64,000 nucleotides of DNA from an uncultured Candidatus Saccharibacteria bacterium (GTDB lineage: Bacteria; Patescibacteriota; Minisyncoccia; Phycocordibacterales; UBA918): positions 14,157 to 78,156 of the forward strand of contig CAZBMV010000002.1 of assembly GCA_964493145.1 (NCBI GenBank), written 5' to 3'. The notes below the pieces were generated by a model, which searched no databases, was not told where the DNA came from, and saw only the letters and a program-made list of their open reading frames with translations. The first letter of the stretch is position 1; the number at the start of each line of letters is the position of its first letter. Both the position numbers and the translations under genes were made by a program. Positions 1 through 10,885 of this stretch are shown piece by piece.

Positions 1-542
1 TGCGCGCATTCATTCTCCAGAACATGATAATGCACGAAAATCAGGTACGTCTCATTCTTGAGGGACCAACACGAGGTCTCCTCGGGTACAAGGGGCAATT
101 CATTATTGATACAAAGGGAGAGGGGATACTCTGCTCACGGGTAATTGGATTCAGACCGTACGCGGGTGAAATCAAGAAGCGCCAGGCCGGCTCAATGGTG
201 TCCATGGCAACGGGAAAAGCACTCGGATTTTCACTCTGGAATCTACAAGACAGGGGGCAACTCTACATTGGTCCCGCTACCGATGTGTACGAGGGCATGG
301 TCATCGGAAACACCTCCAAGGGTGAAGAACTCATGGTGAATCCGACGAAGGGGAAGCAACTCTCAAACGTCCGCGCTTCCGGTTCCGACGAGGCGCTGTA
401 CCTCACCCCACACAGGCCACTCAACATTGAAACGGGACTTGAAATCATGGCAGATGATGAGTATTTGGAAATCACGCCCAATTCCACCCGTCTCCGCAAG
501 CAAGTGCTCAAGGAGAGCGATCGCGTTCGTTCACGACGATAA
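1..542 (+). CDS. typA: Translational GTPase TypA/BipA, C-terminal part (5' end lies outside the window)
   Basis: The ORF is open to the window edge. The C-terminal sequence (…LEITPNSTRLRKQVLKESDRVRSRR) matches the conserved TypA/BipA C-terminus. Confidence 0.65.
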   Translation, partial: RAFILQNMIMHENQVRLILEGPTRGLLGYKGQFIIDTKGEGILCSRVIGFRPYAGEIKKRQAGSMVSMATGKALGFSLWNLQDRGQLYIGPATDVYEGMVIGNTSKGEELMVNPTKGKQLSNVRASGSDEALYLTPHRPLNIETGLEIMADDEYLEITPNSTRLRKQVLKESDRVRSRR

Positions 543-574
543 GTACACGATGCTCAATGTGATATCATAGACGT

Positions 575-973
575 ATGAAAGTAAGCAACGTCGTACTCTA
601 TGCGCTCTTGGTCGCCATCCTCATAGCAGGGCTCATATATGCGCGCGCTGTTTCGGCTCCACAGAGTTCACAGGGAACGAACAGTCCGTACGATGTATTT
701 GCGCAATGTCTCAGTGACGCCGGCGCAAAGTTTTACGGAACCTTCTGGTGCCCGCACTGTAAAAATCAAAAGGATCTTTTCCAAAATTCAAAAAAGTTAC
801 CGTACATTGAGTGCTCAACGCCCAACGGACAGGGGCAACTTAAAATTTGTGCCGACGCAGGCATAACGGGCTACCCGACATGGACTTTTGCGGACGGCTC
901 GCAACTCTCCGGAGAGCAATCGTTTGAAAAACTTGCAGAGAAAACGGGATGCGCAGTTCCGGTAACGCAGTAG
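575..973 (+). CDS. Membrane-anchored thioredoxin-fold thiol:disulfide oxidoreductase
   Basis: One N-terminal TM helix followed by a thioredoxin-like domain with a WCPHC active-site motif. Confidence 0.7.
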   Translation: MKVSNVVLYALLVAILIAGLIYARAVSAPQSSQGTNSPYDVFAQCLSDAGAKFYGTFWCPHCKNQKDLFQNSKKLPYIECSTPNGQGQLKICADAGITGYPTWTFADGSQLSGEQSFEKLAEKTGCAVPVTQ

Positions 974-1083
974 CGCAAAATCCAAAGACATGAAGCTAAA
1001 AGCCGGAATGTAATGTTGAATGATAAAAATTTTTCATTTTTGATTACATCCTGGTTTCAGTATTTTGGTTTTTAGTTTCAACC

Positions 1084-1353
1084 TCAGCTCTTCTCGTCGG
1101 GGGGATGTATTCCCTGAACAGGGCTCACGATACTCGGATTCCACTCCGCTTTAATTTCCCCGTGCATCTTTTCAAACTGATTGATTTCGTGTGAGAGGTA
1201 ATCACGAAGGCGCTTTGCGTGCTGCGGTGTGAGCGAATAAATAGCAGACTGCGCACCTGAACTTAGACCAATAACGAAATACTCAGGCGTATAGCCAATT
1301 TTGATGTTCTCACAAAATAACTTCGGTGCCTTTTGCAAATCCTCAGGTTTCAT
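1084..1353 (-). CDS. DUF3467-family small protein
   Basis: About 90 aa with the TPQHAKRL and HGEIK motifs typical of DUF3467. The start is taken at MKPEDL. Confidence 0.5.
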   Translation of the reverse strand: MKPEDLQKAPKLFCENIKIGYTPEYFVIGLSSGAQSAIYSLTPQHAKRLRDYLSHEINQFEKMHGEIKAEWNPSIVSPVQGIHPPDEKS

Positions 1354-1409
1354 AGTACTGAACACGATACCACCCCATTGAGGATGTTGTCCATGAGGAG
1401 TACACTATT

Positions 1410-2330
1410 GTGTATATGGAAAACACCGCAAAAAATTTTGCCCTACAGTTAGGGTCACTGGTGACATTATACGTAAGTATCGGTGCGCTTATAGGTCTTC
1501 TTTTCGGTATCATTACAGTTCAGTATCCTGATCAAGCTCAAATGTATTGGGAGTACAATGATGCGACATCAAGTATCAGGTTCTCAATTGCCCTGCTCAT
1601 TGTCTTCTTCCCAACGTACATAATTCTTACGCGATTGGTAAATGTTATCAGACGCACAGAACAGGGGACGTACCTCACACTCACACGGTGGCTCATCTAT
1701 CTCTCACTTCTCGTCGGAGGTGGTGTGCTACTCGGCGACCTCGTGGCGACATTCAATAGTTTTCTCAATGGAGAAATCACCATTCGCTTCGCGCTCAAGG
1801 CACTCACCGTACTCCTCGTTACCGGTGTCGCATTCGTGTACTACCTCATGGATGTGCGCGGATACTGGCAGGCAAACGAGCGCCATTCACAGTACTACGG
1901 GGGAATCGTCGCTCTTACGGTCGTCGTGTCGCTTATTTCAGGATTCATGCACACAGAAACACCGGGTGAGGTACGTGATATGAATCTTGATGCAAAGCAA
2001 ATTACCGACCTTCAGGATATGCAGTACAGAGTGCAAGCGTACGCATCGCTCCATGAGGCACTCCCAAAATCACTCTCAGACGCATACAGTGGACTCCAAT
2101 TACCGATGGCGCCCGAGGGGAGAGCGATGTATCGTTATGAAGTAATTTCGTACAACTCATTTAATCTTTGCGCAGAATTTTTCACAGAAACGAAGCCCGG
2201 TGAAAACGCTTTATACGGCTACGATTACACTGAACCGTTTTCTATCAAAAATCCTGATGACTGGTCACATGGGAAAGGTGAGTGGTGCTTCATGCGGGTT
2301 CTCAATACTGACAAAACAATACTGGACTAA
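1410..2330 (+). CDS. Hypothetical membrane protein (multi-TM N-terminus, soluble C-terminal domain)
   Basis: Long ORF with several hydrophobic helices. No recognisable catalytic motif. Confidence 0.4.
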   Translation: MYMENTAKNFALQLGSLVTLYVSIGALIGLLFGIITVQYPDQAQMYWEYNDATSSIRFSIALLIVFFPTYIILTRLVNVIRRTEQGTYLTLTRWLIYLSLLVGGGVLLGDLVATFNSFLNGEITIRFALKALTVLLVTGVAFVYYLMDVRGYWQANERHSQYYGGIVALTVVVSLISGFMHTETPGEVRDMNLDAKQITDLQDMQYRVQAYASLHEALPKSLSDAYSGLQLPMAPEGRAMYRYEVISYNSFNLCAEFFTETKPGENALYGYDYTEPFSIKNPDDWSHGKGEWCFMRVLNTDKTILD

Positions 2331-2373
2331 TTCAAATTTAACTGCATAATAGGCCACATAATTACTGCTTCCC

Positions 2374-4749
2374 ATGCACAAGAAATTTGACCACGGAATA
2401 ATTGAAAAAAAATGGCAGAAGCATTGGGAGGAGACAGGCATATACAACGTCGGAGCGCGTGATGTATCCAAGGAAAAAGAGTACGTCCTCGTAGAGTGGC
2501 CGTACCCGTCAGGGAACCTCCACATCGGTCACTGGTTCGCATTTGCCGTCGTGGACATATACGTTCGTGCGAGACGTATGCAGGGGAAGCAGGTACTGTT
2601 TCCAATCGGCTTTGATGCCTTTGGGCTTCCCGCAGAGAACGCCGCAATCAAGCGAGATTTAGACCCCCGTGCATGGACGGAGTCAAATATCGCGCACATG
2701 ATCAAGCAACTCAAGAGCATGGGGAATGCGTTTTCGTGGGACATGATGACAAGTTCCACCGACCCGGAATACTACAAGTGGACACAGTGGATATTTACAA
2801 AGTTTTTTGAGAAAGGGATTGCGTTTCGGGGAGATGCGGTGGTGAACTGGTGCCCGGGTTGCAACACCGTCATCGCGAATGAGCAGGTGCTTGCGAATGG
2901 CACCTGCGAACGTTCCGGTGACACCATTGAGCGCAAGGAAATGAAGCAATGGATGCTCCGCATCACCGATTACGCCGATCGGCTCGTTGATGATCTGGAT
3001 GCACTCAATTGGCCGACCCACATCAAGGAGTCCCAACGTCAGTGGATTGGTCGTTCGCGTGGCGCCGAGCTCTCGTTTGCACTTTCTTCTGGAGAGAGCG
3101 TTACTATTTTCACGACACGACCGGACACACTCTTCGGCGCGACGTACCTTGTTCTCGCACCGGAGCATGACCTCGTACAAAAAAACAAGCACCTCATTTC
3201 AAATTGGGTGGACGTTGAGGCGTACGTCATCGCATCGGCACAAAAAGATGAAATTCAGCGAACGAAGGCGGAAAAGGAAAAGACCGGCGTTCGGCTTGAG
3301 GGTGTATCCACAACGAATCCGGCAACAGGTGAAACCATCCCTGTCTTCATCGCCGACTACGTCCTCAAGGGGTACGGCACCGGTGCCATTATGGCGGTGC
3401 CCGCGCACGATGAGCGCGATTTTGCGTTTGCAACGAAGTTTAATCTCCCGATTAAAATTGTTATCAGTGGATCAGAGTCTGCTCCTTTTTCAGGCGCGGG
3501 AGCACTTGTGAATTCCGGAGAATTTGACGGGATGGATTCAGAGGAGGCAAAAATCGCCATTACCGAAAAAGTTGGAGGAAAACTCACCTCAACGTACCGT
3601 CTCCGCGACTGGTCAATCGGACGCCAGCGATACTGGGGTGTCCCCATTCCCATTGTGTACGATCCCGAAGGGAATCCACACGCAATTCCGAAGGAACATC
3701 TCCCGTGGCACCTGCCGACCGACGTTGACTTCAAGCCGACGGGTGTGGCGCCGCTTGCGAAAAGTACAGAACTGAAGGAACGGGTGGAGCGGATATTTGG
3801 TAAGGGTTGGACACCTGAAGTTGAAACCATGGATACGTTTGTGGACTCTTCATGGTATTTTTTCAGGTACATTGATACGAAAAACACTGAAGAATTCTCA
3901 TCAAAAAAGGCACAGGACGAGTGGATGCCGATTGATATTTACTTCGGGGGTTCCGAACACAACACCATGCACCTCCTCTACTCACGTTTTTTCACAAAGG
4001 TACTCTTTGACCTCGGCCTCACGAAACTGAGCGAACCATACACGAAACGCATCAACCGGGGCCTCGTCCTCGGTCCCGACGGCAACAAGATGAGCAAATC
4101 AAAGGGAAATGTCATAGAACCCGATGAGCAGGTGGAACGTCTTGGCGCCGACACCGTGAAAATGTACCTCGCCTTCATGGGACCGTACGGAGAGATTACC
4201 AACTATCCGTGGGACGTGGGTGGCATCGCTGGGCAACGACGATTCCTTGAGCGCGTGAATGGGTTGTCAGAGCACATTGTAGAAACGGAGACAGAGGAAA
4301 CAACACGCCTTCTCCATAAAACAATACAGAAGGTACGTGACGATATTGACGCGTACAAATTCAATACCGCCATCAGTGCGCTCATGGTATTTCTCAACCA
4401 TGTTGAGAAACATGGTTTGACTCGTGATTCGTACACACTTTTCGTGCGCACACTCGCACCCTTCGCACCGCACCTCACCGAGGAGCTGTGGCACGAGCAC
4501 GGGGAAGTCGGCTCCGTTCATGCGACACCGTGGCCGACAGTTCGCACTGAACTCCTCACCGAATCTACGGTGACTGTGAGTATTCAAATTAACGGAAAGA
4601 TGCGCGGTACACTCACCGCACCCTTTGATGCCGACGAGCAAACTGTTTTGGCTCTCTGCAGGAATACACCAAACTTGAGTGACAAAATTCCGCCAGCCAT
4701 TTCAAGAATTGTGTACGTCAAAAATAAGATTTTGAGCATTATAGGGTGA
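2374..4749 (+). CDS. leuS: Leucyl-tRNA synthetase
   Basis: N-terminal PYPSGNLHIGH (HIGH) motif, a CP1 editing region and a KMSKS motif. 791 aa. Confidence 0.95.
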   Translation: MHKKFDHGIIEKKWQKHWEETGIYNVGARDVSKEKEYVLVEWPYPSGNLHIGHWFAFAVVDIYVRARRMQGKQVLFPIGFDAFGLPAENAAIKRDLDPRAWTESNIAHMIKQLKSMGNAFSWDMMTSSTDPEYYKWTQWIFTKFFEKGIAFRGDAVVNWCPGCNTVIANEQVLANGTCERSGDTIERKEMKQWMLRITDYADRLVDDLDALNWPTHIKESQRQWIGRSRGAELSFALSSGESVTIFTTRPDTLFGATYLVLAPEHDLVQKNKHLISNWVDVEAYVIASAQKDEIQRTKAEKEKTGVRLEGVSTTNPATGETIPVFIADYVLKGYGTGAIMAVPAHDERDFAFATKFNLPIKIVISGSESAPFSGAGALVNSGEFDGMDSEEAKIAITEKVGGKLTSTYRLRDWSIGRQRYWGVPIPIVYDPEGNPHAIPKEHLPWHLPTDVDFKPTGVAPLAKSTELKERVERIFGKGWTPEVETMDTFVDSSWYFFRYIDTKNTEEFSSKKAQDEWMPIDIYFGGSEHNTMHLLYSRFFTKVLFDLGLTKLSEPYTKRINRGLVLGPDGNKMSKSKGNVIEPDEQVERLGADTVKMYLAFMGPYGEITNYPWDVGGIAGQRRFLERVNGLSEHIVETETEETTRLLHKTIQKVRDDIDAYKFNTAISALMVFLNHVEKHGLTRDSYTLFVRTLAPFAPHLTEELWHEHGEVGSVHATPWPTVRTELLTESTVTVSIQINGKMRGTLTAPFDADEQTVLALCRNTPNLSDKIPPAISRIVYVKNKILSIIG

Positions 4750-4823
4750 TGCTTGACGTCTCATGGATGTCGTGATAAAAATAACACCACACTTTTGAAA
4801 GATGACCAGTAACACGAGGCGCC

Positions 4824-5849
4824 ATGATTACATTTAAACCAAAACAGGTAACAAAGAAACTACTTTCAGTCCTCCCCGAGCGCGCACGTGACGTCCTTGA
4901 GAAGCGATACGGCCTCGGCAGTGACGCGGAAACGTATACACTGGAATCAATCGGCCAAACCTACGGCATTACGAGAGAGCGCGTCCGCCAGATTGAAAAT
5001 TACGGTATTCAATCCATTCAGAAATCGTCAGTTTATAAGGAGTTTCAGAATGTATTTGATGAACTTAAGACAGCACTTGACTCACTCGGCGGTGTCATAA
5101 ATGAGCAAGAGCTCCTCAGCGAACTTTCGGGTGACCAATCGCTCCGCAATCATATTTACTTCCTTCTCGTCATTGGAGAACCGTTCAGGCGTGAGAAGGA
5201 GTCAAATTACTTCACGCATCGCTGGTACATTGAGAAAAGAATTTCTGATACCGTTGAGAAAGCGCTTTCAAACATTTTCAATTCACTCAATGAAGACGAA
5301 CTTGTTGCTGAGGATGAAATTCTCGCTCGTCTCAAGGAAGAGCTCGGTGAAATTGAAGAGCGTTACCGCGATGAAAAAATACTCCGCAGGTGGCTCTCCA
5401 TCTCAAAGCAAATTGACCGTAATCCGCTTGGCGAGTGGGGACCAGCAACGAGTGCGAACGTGCGCGCGAAGGGAATTCGTGACTACGCGTACCTCGCCGT
5501 AAAGCGACACGGTTCACCGATGCACTTCAAAGAGGTTGCTGAAGCGATTAGAAAACTTTTCAACAAGAATGCCCACGTTGCAACAACGCACAATGAACTC
5601 ATCAAGGATAAGCGCTTCGTTCTCGTCGGACGTGGATTGTACGCTCTCTCAGAATGGGGGTACTCAGCGGGTGTCGTGAAGGACGTCCTCTGCGATATTC
5701 TTCATACCTGTGGACCACTCACGCGTGAAGAAATCATTGATAAAGTGCGCAAGGAACGTTACGTAAAGGACAACACCATCATTGTCAATCTTCAGGATTC
5801 ATCTATCTTTAGGAGACTTCCGGATGGTAGTTATATTCTCGTAGAGTAG
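4824..5849 (+). CDS. DNA-binding protein with an N-terminal sigma-70 region-4-like HTH and a C-terminal HARE-HTH domain
   Basis: The N-terminus (TLESIGQTYGITRERVRQIE) resembles sigma-70 region 4. The C-terminal domain (AYLAVKRHGSPMHFKEVAEAI…GLYALSEWGY) resembles the HARE-HTH / RpoE-delta N-domain. Confidence 0.5.
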   Translation: MITFKPKQVTKKLLSVLPERARDVLEKRYGLGSDAETYTLESIGQTYGITRERVRQIENYGIQSIQKSSVYKEFQNVFDELKTALDSLGGVINEQELLSELSGDQSLRNHIYFLLVIGEPFRREKESNYFTHRWYIEKRISDTVEKALSNIFNSLNEDELVAEDEILARLKEELGEIEERYRDEKILRRWLSISKQIDRNPLGEWGPATSANVRAKGIRDYAYLAVKRHGSPMHFKEVAEAIRKLFNKNAHVATTHNELIKDKRFVLVGRGLYALSEWGYSAGVVKDVLCDILHTCGPLTREEIIDKVRKERYVKDNTIIVNLQDSSIFRRLPDGSYILVE

Positions 5850-5920
5850 AGTCCATTTCATACACATAACCCACGGAGAGGCAACGCCTTCTCGAGGGTT
5901 ATGTTGTACAATACTCACAT

Positions 5921-7255
5921 ATGATGCATTTTCTTGAGGGGCCGGTTGAGTTCCTTGAAAAATTCGGAGCCAACGTGAAGTGGCTCCTTGTCATGGTCGG
6001 TCTCGGCTTGGCATTTTTTGTTTTTTCACTCCTCAATCTCAAATCAAATGTCATTTGGGAATTCATGGTCGGAACCGCACCGCTGTGGCTCCCCGTCATC
6101 ATGTTCTTTCTCTTCTTTGAGTACTGGCTCTACTACGTACGTAAAAATTTTGATTTGCAACAGGGACGGGTCACGCTGGAACTGAAGGTTCCGCAGGAAA
6201 TTTTTAAATCTCCCGAGGCGATGGAGCTTGTTCTCATCCAACTCCACCAGACCGCCACCCCCGACAACCACATTCAGACCTACATTGACGGCAAACATCC
6301 ACCGAAATACTCGCTTGAACTCGTCTCACGTGGTGGTGATGTTCGTTTGTACATGAACGTCCCACGAAAGAAATTCAAAAATATTGCCGAAACGCAACTG
6401 TATGCGCAATACCCGGGAATAGAGGTTCACGAATTAGACATTGATTACACGGCGGAGGTTCCATGGGATCCCGAGCGGTTCTCGTACTTTTCAATTCACT
6501 TCGGATTAAAGAAGGCGGACGCATACCCCATTAAGACGTACATTGAGTACGGTCTCCAGACCATGCCGAAGGAGGAGGAGAAGGTTGATCCGATTACCTC
6601 AATGCTTGAAATGCTCGGAAGTGTCGGTCCCAATGAATTTTATTGGATTCAAATCCTCATTGATGCAAACAGGGAAGTCACATTCAAGGAGGGTGCGCTG
6701 TCACTCACGCCGGACTGGAAGGGTGCCGCACGCAAGGAAATTAAGAAGATTATTGACGATGCCGTTCTACGAGCCGGTGCTGAGACGAAAGGAAACGTTA
6801 TGCAGCTCCTTACCGACACGGAGAAGGACACCATCAAGGCGATTGAACGCAGTCTCGGAAAAAATGCGTTCAATACCGCCATACGAGGCATGTACATCGC
6901 CAAGAAAGAGCACTACAATCCGGGTGAGCGTATCGGGGCGCTCATTACCGGGTGGCGCGGGTACGACGACCTCAACAGGAACGCAATCGGTGTGCGCTGG
7001 AGAACGGACTTTGACTGGAATTGGTGGCAGGACCCAAAGGATAGGAAGAAGGATGCACTCAAGAAGGAAGAACTCCATGAGTACAAGATCCGTGCGTACA
7101 CAAGCCAGTCTGCAAACGATAAACCAAAGGTAATGACGACTGAGGAGCTCGCAACCATCTTCCACATCCCGGGCAAGGTGGTCACGACGCCAACGCTCTC
7201 ACGTATCCCATCCAAGCGTGCAGAAGCACCATCAAACCTCCCCGTAGGCGGTTAA
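5921..7255 (+). CDS. Hypothetical membrane protein (two N-terminal TM helices plus a large soluble domain)
   Basis: 444-aa ORF at native GC. No recognised motif. Confidence 0.4.
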   Translation: MMHFLEGPVEFLEKFGANVKWLLVMVGLGLAFFVFSLLNLKSNVIWEFMVGTAPLWLPVIMFFLFFEYWLYYVRKNFDLQQGRVTLELKVPQEIFKSPEAMELVLIQLHQTATPDNHIQTYIDGKHPPKYSLELVSRGGDVRLYMNVPRKKFKNIAETQLYAQYPGIEVHELDIDYTAEVPWDPERFSYFSIHFGLKKADAYPIKTYIEYGLQTMPKEEEKVDPITSMLEMLGSVGPNEFYWIQILIDANREVTFKEGALSLTPDWKGAARKEIKKIIDDAVLRAGAETKGNVMQLLTDTEKDTIKAIERSLGKNAFNTAIRGMYIAKKEHYNPGERIGALITGWRGYDDLNRNAIGVRWRTDFDWNWWQDPKDRKKDALKKEELHEYKIRAYTSQSANDKPKVMTTEELATIFHIPGKVVTTPTLSRIPSKRAEAPSNLPVGG

Positions 7256-7256
7256 T

Positions 7257-8237
7257 ATGAATACCGCTTTGCCTCTACAACTGCAGACAGGGAAGTTTTA
7301 CAGGTACATCGTCGCTTGTGTACTCGCAGCGCTCGTTGTGCTAACGGGAATGTTTTTTTATTTCAGATCACTCAATGAAGCACCCGACGATTTTCCTGTC
7401 ACCTCGGATATTCGTATTGACGATGGACTGACGGTGCGAGACGTTACTGATGCACTTGCGGAGAGCGGTGTCGTTCAATCATCTTTGTATCTCTATCTCG
7501 TCATCATGACAGAGTATGGGAACATGCCGGTGCAGGCGGGGACATACCGTTTTTCAGAACCGCAAACGACAAAGGAAATTGCACGCGCCATCGTCTACGG
7601 CGAGAATCTTTCTCCCCTCATTCGCGTTACCCTTCCTGAGGGATTTCGGGCGCGCGACATTTTGTCGTACTTGCCGCCGCTCTTTGACACGGACGTCACC
7701 GCACTCTTTACTCCGTATGAGGGCTACCTTTTTCCGGACACGTATTTCATTTCTCGCACCATGTCCCCCGTTGACCTGTTGGAACTGTTGCGCTCAACGC
7801 ACGCCGACAAGCTCATGCCCTATGCGGACAAAATAAGAACTTCCGGTCTTACGTACGACGAGGTTATTACATTCGCCTCAATCATTGAGCGTGAGGCGAA
7901 GGATGAGGAGTCTAAACGTATGGTCTCCGGAATTTTACACAACAGGCTCGCACGCAATATGCCACTGCAGGTTGATGCGTCATTTGACTACCTCCTAGGC
8001 AAGGAGAGTAGCGAACTCACCGAGGAAGATCTCACCATTGACTCACCCTACAACACGTACACACACCTCGGACTTCCCCCAACACCGATTTCAAATCCGG
8101 GACTACTAGCGATTGATGCCGTGCTCAATCCGACGCAAACACCATTTTTGTACTACCTAACCGCGGATGATGGAACATTTCATTACGCAAAAACATTTGA
8201 GGAACATAGGCGGAATAAGCAGAAGTACCTAAAATAG
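7257..8237 (+). CDS. mltG: Endolytic murein transglycosylase MltG (YceG family)
   Basis: N-terminal TM anchor and a YceG-like domain (YRFSEPQTTKEIARAIVYGE…). Confidence 0.8.
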   Translation: MNTALPLQLQTGKFYRYIVACVLAALVVLTGMFFYFRSLNEAPDDFPVTSDIRIDDGLTVRDVTDALAESGVVQSSLYLYLVIMTEYGNMPVQAGTYRFSEPQTTKEIARAIVYGENLSPLIRVTLPEGFRARDILSYLPPLFDTDVTALFTPYEGYLFPDTYFISRTMSPVDLLELLRSTHADKLMPYADKIRTSGLTYDEVITFASIIEREAKDEESKRMVSGILHNRLARNMPLQVDASFDYLLGKESSELTEEDLTIDSPYNTYTHLGLPPTPISNPGLLAIDAVLNPTQTPFLYYLTADDGTFHYAKTFEEHRRNKQKYLK

Positions 8238-8269
8238 CAATTTTGGTACCGCTGTGTTACTTTTTTCGG

Positions 8270-9346
8270 ATGAGTGAGCGAGAAACAGTATTCGTTGGCC
8301 TTTCGGGTGGCGTTGATTCAAGCGTTGCTCTTTTGCGCTTAAAAAATGCCGGATATAACGTTGTCGCCGTTTTTATAAAAACGTGGCAACCTGATTTTAC
8401 CCCCTGTACGTGGAAACGTGACCGTCTTGACGCAATGCGCGTTGCAGCGCACCTCGGCGTACCATTTATAACTTTTGACGCAACCGACGCTTACAAACAG
8501 GGAGTGGCGGACTACCTCATTCGTGAATACGGAGAAGGGAGAACACCAAATCCAGATGTCATGTGCAATGAAGAGGTAAAATTCGGTGTGTTTTACGATT
8601 TTGCGCTCGCACGAGGGGCGACAAAGGTGGCGACGGGTCACTACGCACGTATAGAGTCCGGTTCCCATGGGAACGAACTTCACCGTGGGGTAGATGTTGA
8701 AAAGGATCAAAGTTATTTTTTGTGGCGATTGACGAGAGATAAACTCTCTCACATCCTTTTTCCCATCGGCAATAGCACGAAGGCGCATATTCGCAGGGAA
8801 GCACGAGATGCGGGAATCCCCACATCAGAAAAGCCGGATAGTCAGGGAATTTGTTTTCTCGGACACGTTGATATACGAGAGTTTCTTTCGCACTACCTCA
8901 CCCTCACAAGGGGTGCAGTCGTAGACACACGCGGAAATACTATCGGAATGCATGAAGGAGCGATTCTCTACACCCTGGGACAGCGGCACGGATTTACCAT
9001 CCAGAGAAAAGGGGTGGCCGATGCTCCCTATTACGTCATTGATCGCGATATTGAAAAAAACACCATTACCGTGGCAAACACACTTCGCGCGTGTGACAAC
9101 GCGCACATTGAACTTGCAGACATGCACTTGTGCGTGGACGAGTTACCGTCAGCCTGTGAGGCGCAGTTTAGATACAGACAGAAGCCGTTTCGTGTACAAC
9201 TTGCGGATGTTCACAACGGGCGTGCTATGCTCAAAGTGGTGGACGATGGCATAGACATCCCATCGGCTGGACAATCATGCGTGCTGTACCATGGCACACA
9301 CTGTCTCGGCGGAGGAATTATTAATACTGTTTTGAAAAGAGCATGA
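8270..9346 (+). CDS. mnmA: tRNA-specific 2-thiouridylase MnmA
   Basis: SGGVDSSV PP-loop and MnmA-like catalytic cysteines (…PDVMCN…, …GICF…). Confidence 0.9.
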   Translation: MSERETVFVGLSGGVDSSVALLRLKNAGYNVVAVFIKTWQPDFTPCTWKRDRLDAMRVAAHLGVPFITFDATDAYKQGVADYLIREYGEGRTPNPDVMCNEEVKFGVFYDFALARGATKVATGHYARIESGSHGNELHRGVDVEKDQSYFLWRLTRDKLSHILFPIGNSTKAHIRREARDAGIPTSEKPDSQGICFLGHVDIREFLSHYLTLTRGAVVDTRGNTIGMHEGAILYTLGQRHGFTIQRKGVADAPYYVIDRDIEKNTITVANTLRACDNAHIELADMHLCVDELPSACEAQFRYRQKPFRVQLADVHNGRAMLKVVDDGIDIPSAGQSCVLYHGTHCLGGGIINTVLKRA

Positions 9347-10170
9347 AGATAGTAAAAGCGGATGGCGGTGTTGAAGAGTTTAAGCCTCAAAAACTCGTTG
9401 CGTCACTCAAAAAAGCGGGGGCAAAGCCTGCCGAAGTATCGCGCATACTCAGACAGGTGGAGACATCACTCCGAGATGGGATGCGGACGCAGATGATATA
9501 CCAGAAAGCGTTCCAATTACTCCGTGAGACGGAGGAACCCATTGCCGCACGGTACTCACTCAGGAGAGCGGTTTTCAGTCTCGGTCCGACAGGCTTTCCC
9601 TTTGAAGATTTTCTCGGTCGCATTTTTGAGGCGGAGGGATACAGGACGAAGCGCAGGCTCATACTCAAAGGAAAGTGCGCGACACACGAGATAGACCTCG
9701 CGGCATACTCACCGTCAGACACATTCATAGCAGAAGCAAAATTTCATGCACGTCCCGGAATCAAATCCGATCTTCAAGTTGCGATGTACTCGTACGCACG
9801 CTTTCTTGATCTCGCGTCAACACAAATTTGCAAAGCGGACACGTGTGGCATTGTCTCGCTTCGCGTCGTTACAAACACAAAATTTACACACGCCGCTGTT
9901 AAGTATGCGGAGTGCAGCGGCATTAGACTCCTCAGTTGGGACTACCCGCGCCGTGAATCGCTTCACGAAAAAATTGAGCGCTACAAGACGTACCCGATTA
10001 CCGTACTCACACACCTAAGTACAAACCAGAAGCAAGCCCTCCTCATGAAGGGAACCATACTCTGTTCCGACATAACAAAAAACCCGTCGGTACTCCACGA
10101 AATGAACCTACCAAGGAGCAAATTTGAGGCTGTTCTCCACGAAGCGCAGTCACTCTGTGGCTCACTCTAG
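9343..10170 (+). CDS. ATP-cone domain fused to an Mrr-like restriction-endonuclease fold
   Basis: The N-terminus resembles the NrdR-type ATP-cone. The C-terminal region has a PD-(D/E)xK-like EAK motif (DTFIAEAKFH). Confidence 0.5.
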   Translation: MKIVKADGGVEEFKPQKLVASLKKAGAKPAEVSRILRQVETSLRDGMRTQMIYQKAFQLLRETEEPIAARYSLRRAVFSLGPTGFPFEDFLGRIFEAEGYRTKRRLILKGKCATHEIDLAAYSPSDTFIAEAKFHARPGIKSDLQVAMYSYARFLDLASTQICKADTCGIVSLRVVTNTKFTHAAVKYAECSGIRLLSWDYPRRESLHEKIERYKTYPITVLTHLSTNQKQALLMKGTILCSDITKNPSVLHEMNLPRSKFEAVLHEAQSLCGSL

Positions 10171-10288
10171 TCATTTTTGACAAAAATGACCTCAAAATGC
10201 CCAATTAATGTGGCTTATTCTGTATGTTTTTTATCGTGTTATACTTGAGGGGTCATTACAAGGTGTAGTAGATACGCAATTAAGAATT

Positions 10289-10801
10289 ATGTCAGAAGTA
10301 GATAAGCAGGAAAGTCAGAAGACCGTCGTCGCATTTATTACCGGTTTACTCATTGGAGGACTGCTCGTATGGGTTTTTTCATCAACACCGGAGTCAAAGG
10401 TTGAGGAAGTGAATACAACGACAAACACAGAGCAAGAATCAACATCTGAAGTTACCACCGATGCAAGTGAAAATGCATCTGATGCAACAGGAAAGGGTTC
10501 AATCACTGTCGTAGATCAAAAGGCGGGAGCTGTCGTAACACTTGGAAAAATTGAGTTTCCAACGACTAACGGTTGGGTTGTTGTTCGTGATTACTCAAAT
10601 GGAGTTTCCGGTAACGTTCTCGGAGCAGCGCGCTACAGCGCCGATGAGGGCCTCGTACCAATAGCCGTTGAACTCGTACGAGCGACTGTTTCAGGAAGCA
10701 GCTACCAAGTCGTATTTTTCACAAACGAGGGTGACGCGGGCTTCTCACTTTCAGAGGACAAAGTTATTGATGGAGCATCTGCAACTTTCAGCGCAAACTA
10801 G
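10289..10801 (+). CDS. Hypothetical membrane-anchored protein with an acidic Ser/Thr-rich linker
   Basis: ORF with a TM helix and a low-complexity TTNTEQESTSE linker. The start is taken at MSEVDKQ. Confidence 0.35.
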   Translation: MSEVDKQESQKTVVAFITGLLIGGLLVWVFSSTPESKVEEVNTTTNTEQESTSEVTTDASENASDATGKGSITVVDQKAGAVVTLGKIEFPTTNGWVVVRDYSNGVSGNVLGAARYSADEGLVPIAVELVRATVSGSSYQVVFFTNEGDAGFSLSEDKVIDGASATFSAN

Positions 10802-10830
10802 AAGCAACGCAACAAACGCAAATGGAAATC

Positions 10831-10854
10831 AAAAAAGCCCTATGGGCTTTTTTG
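10831..10854 (+). terminator. Rho-independent terminator
   Basis: AAGCCC-TAT-GGGCTT hairpin followed by a T-run. A TTGCAT…TATACT promoter-like element follows it. Confidence 0.55.
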
Positions 10855-10885
10855 CATGTGTCATGAATAGGGTATACTTGTTCGC

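Noticed and set aside
2327-4641. Antisense and overlapping ORFs inside leuS (for example 2683-3192 minus, 3357-3887 minus, 2987-3511 plus).
   Set aside because: They lie entirely within a highly conserved synthetase gene, have no motifs and have biased, low-complexity composition. They are typical spurious ORFs.
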